Below the pieces are notes generated by a model. It was given only the letters and a program-made list of their open reading frames with translations. It made no database searches and was not told the origin of the DNA. Below, piece after piece: positions 61,902-64,000 of a stretch of 64,000 nt of DNA. A program made the position numbers and the translations under genes. Source of the stretch: Okamejei kenojei (Eukaryota); NCBI GenBank assembly GCA_035221665.1, contig CM069133.1, positions 137,330,001 to 137,394,000 on the forward strand, given 5' to 3'. The first letter of the stretch is position 1. Every line of letters starts with the position of its first letter.

Positions 61902-63112
61902 AAGAGATGAAGGCTGGTATGGGCAGTGGATAGAACACTGGAACGATAGGGATAAGGGGAATGTGAATAGTGAGCAGGAAGAAAGGAAAGTGTAAAGGGT
62001 GGGTAATGAATGATTTCAGCTGGATAGTGGCAGTGATGCAGTAGAAAATTACCACACTCTTATTGCAGATATTCACTCTATCCTATCCATCTCTTCCCCA
62101 CACTGCAGCTTAAAATTAATCAGGGATAGGAATAAATGAGAATATTGGGCTCAGGTAAGGTTTAATTTAATGACAGTTGGGTTGGCGTTGGGCGGAATTT
62201 AATTTTACGACTGAAGAGACGTCCATTGCAACATTGCTCCAACCTTGAGCTCCCTTTGCCTAGCCCAAGTAGTTGTCCATATCTTCCTATTTAAGCAACT
62301 GATAGGAAGCTGCAAGGAAGAGTGGAGTCTCCCATCTATCACAGTTACTGAGGCATCTCCAGACCATTCAACGAAAGCTAGCATTAATCTTGAAGTCAAC
62401 TATTTCCAAACCCTCCCTCCATGTCATCCTCTGCTTATAAGGCCTTGCCACTGCCTGTTATTGGTTCACTGCCTCTAGCCTATATGCCTGATAGTCCCTT
62501 TGTGCTGCTGTGAAGGCATCCATACTTATTTAATAATTATGCCTGCAAACTGCAACTAAATAAATTTGCAATAATATCCAATTAAATGCAACTTAAAGAA
62601 CATTTGTGTAATAATATGTCTTTAGTATTAATGAAGACTCCTTGTTCCTGTTAATGCTCACTAGGACATTCTTGAATGTAGCAGCATGCTTTTGAACAAT
62701 CATTTAATTCCTGATGTGCTTCACAAATCTATAATTGGTTTAAAGAGGTAATAATTACAGTGCTATTTTTCCTTGAAAAGTAGTCTCCATTTTATGGTTA
62801 TTATTGATAGTTTGCAAAGGAAAAAATGGCACTTCTCCAGACTACATAAAATTCAGATGGGGGAGCTAACATTCATCAAACGAGGTCTGACAACTTAAGC
62901 CAGAGTGGGGGTGGGGTGGCCCTGTCTTTACATGGGTATGCGTGTGTATGCACGTATTAGGAGAACGTATCCTTTTGCACCGTTTAAGTGATCTTTACTG
63001 TGGTTTGTGGGAGTTCTGCTGATTAGAAATGAAAGCAACTAAAAGGATTAATGAGGTCTGATTTTCACGGCAATGGAAAAAGCAGACACAAAGCGCAATT
63101 GAGTTAAAGTAA

Positions 63113-63243
63113 AGAGCTGGTCCCACTTGGGTGTCATTTACCCAACATCATTTATGCGTCACGACGCACGGGTCGTGAGGCGCATGTGATACGCACGCAT
63201 GGCGCGTGGTGAGGCGCAATGACGCCCAAGTGGGACAGGCCCT
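63113..63243. mobile_element. Small PIF/Harbinger-type MITE
   Basis: TAA|AGAGCTGGTCCCACTTGGGTGTCATT ... AATGACGCCCAAGTGGGACAGGCCCT|TTA; CpG-rich interior. Confidence 0.8.
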
Positions 63244-63244
63244 T

Positions 63245-63323
63245 TAGACACAAAAAGTTGGAGTAACTCAGCTGGACTGGCAGCGTCTCGGAGGAGGAGG
63301 AATGGGTGCGGTTTTGGGTCAAG
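63245..63323 (-). mobile_element. PLE-derived element
   Basis: TAGACACAAAAAGTTGGAGTAACTCAGC...GTTTTGGGTCAAGAC. Confidence 0.8.
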
Positions 63324-63649
63324 ACTAGTTTAGACTAAGTTAGAGTTCAGACGAAGTTAAAGTATTTGGCTACTGCCTGCTCAAGTGCTAGATAAGTAGA
63401 ACATTTGGAACAAGGCAAGAGGAACATGTTTGCACAGAGAGCTGTGAGGTTGTGAAATTCACTTCCAGGGTTGGTGCATGACAAAATTAAGGTCAGTTTG
63501 GACTGGAAGATAAAGGAGATACAAGAGCAGATCTGAATAGGTCTGTTTTCTCAATTAAAGGGTAAATGCAGACAAAAACTGGAGGGTCAGGCTCTGCAAT
63601 AAAACTTCCAAGCACAAATGCTCAGATGGTCATTCCATAATCTAGGGCA

Positions 63650-63882
63650 CTGACCACTTCACCTCACCTGATTGTGGACATTGGACTCTCTATGGAACTG
63701 ATGCCCGCTAATGCTGCGAACTAGAATCTGCACTCTGTGTCTTCCCCTTTGCTCTATCCATTGCACTTGAGGTTTACTTAATTGTATTAATGTACAGTGT
63801 ACCTGACCCTTATGGATTACGTGCAAAATATAGCTTGTAACTAAGCCTCAATACACGTGACAATAATAAACCTAAACCTAAA
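63650..63882 (+). mobile_element. Rex1/L2-type LINE 3'UTR
   Basis: CCTCAATACACGTGACAATAATAAA-(CCTAAA)n tail. Confidence 0.6.
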
Positions 63883-64000
63883 ATACATGTGTGCCATTAG
63901 AGGCCCTAGCTAGCACACTCAAACATGTTTGTTTTAGACAGCTTGGTTGCACACATTGCAAAAGACATGGTATTTGGAAATGTGACAGTCTGATCCAAAA

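Overview
Vertebrate non-coding DNA, most likely intronic or intergenic sequence from a cartilaginous fish (skate or ray). The taxon is inferred from HE1-type tRNA SINEs, HER1/CR1 LINEs with (CTATGTTT)n tails and Deu-domain SINE remnants. I see no convincing host protein-coding exon: every recognisable ORF is a decayed transposon fragment (CR1 RT, Penelope-like GIY-YIG, L1 ORF2 C-terminus, RTE endonuclease, HERO C-terminus, Rex1/Babar). The most striking signal is a family of about 30 short dispersed elements derived from the terminal repeat of a Penelope-like element (PLE). They carry a minimal type I hammerhead-ribozyme core, CUGAnGA-A-GGGUCUCGACCC-GAAAC-GUC. Many copies have their own 8-15 bp target-site duplications (TSDs) and begin right at the ribozyme core. 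Several inserted as head-to-head inverted pairs within one TSD, and one holds three tandem cores joined at the predicted cleavage site. The window also contains PIF/Harbinger and Tigger-like MITEs, non-autonomous Helitrons, a multi-layer nested TE pile at 44.2-47.2 kb, and TE-free blocks that may be conserved non-coding elements. All calls were made by eye without database searches, so boundaries of degenerate repeats are approximate.
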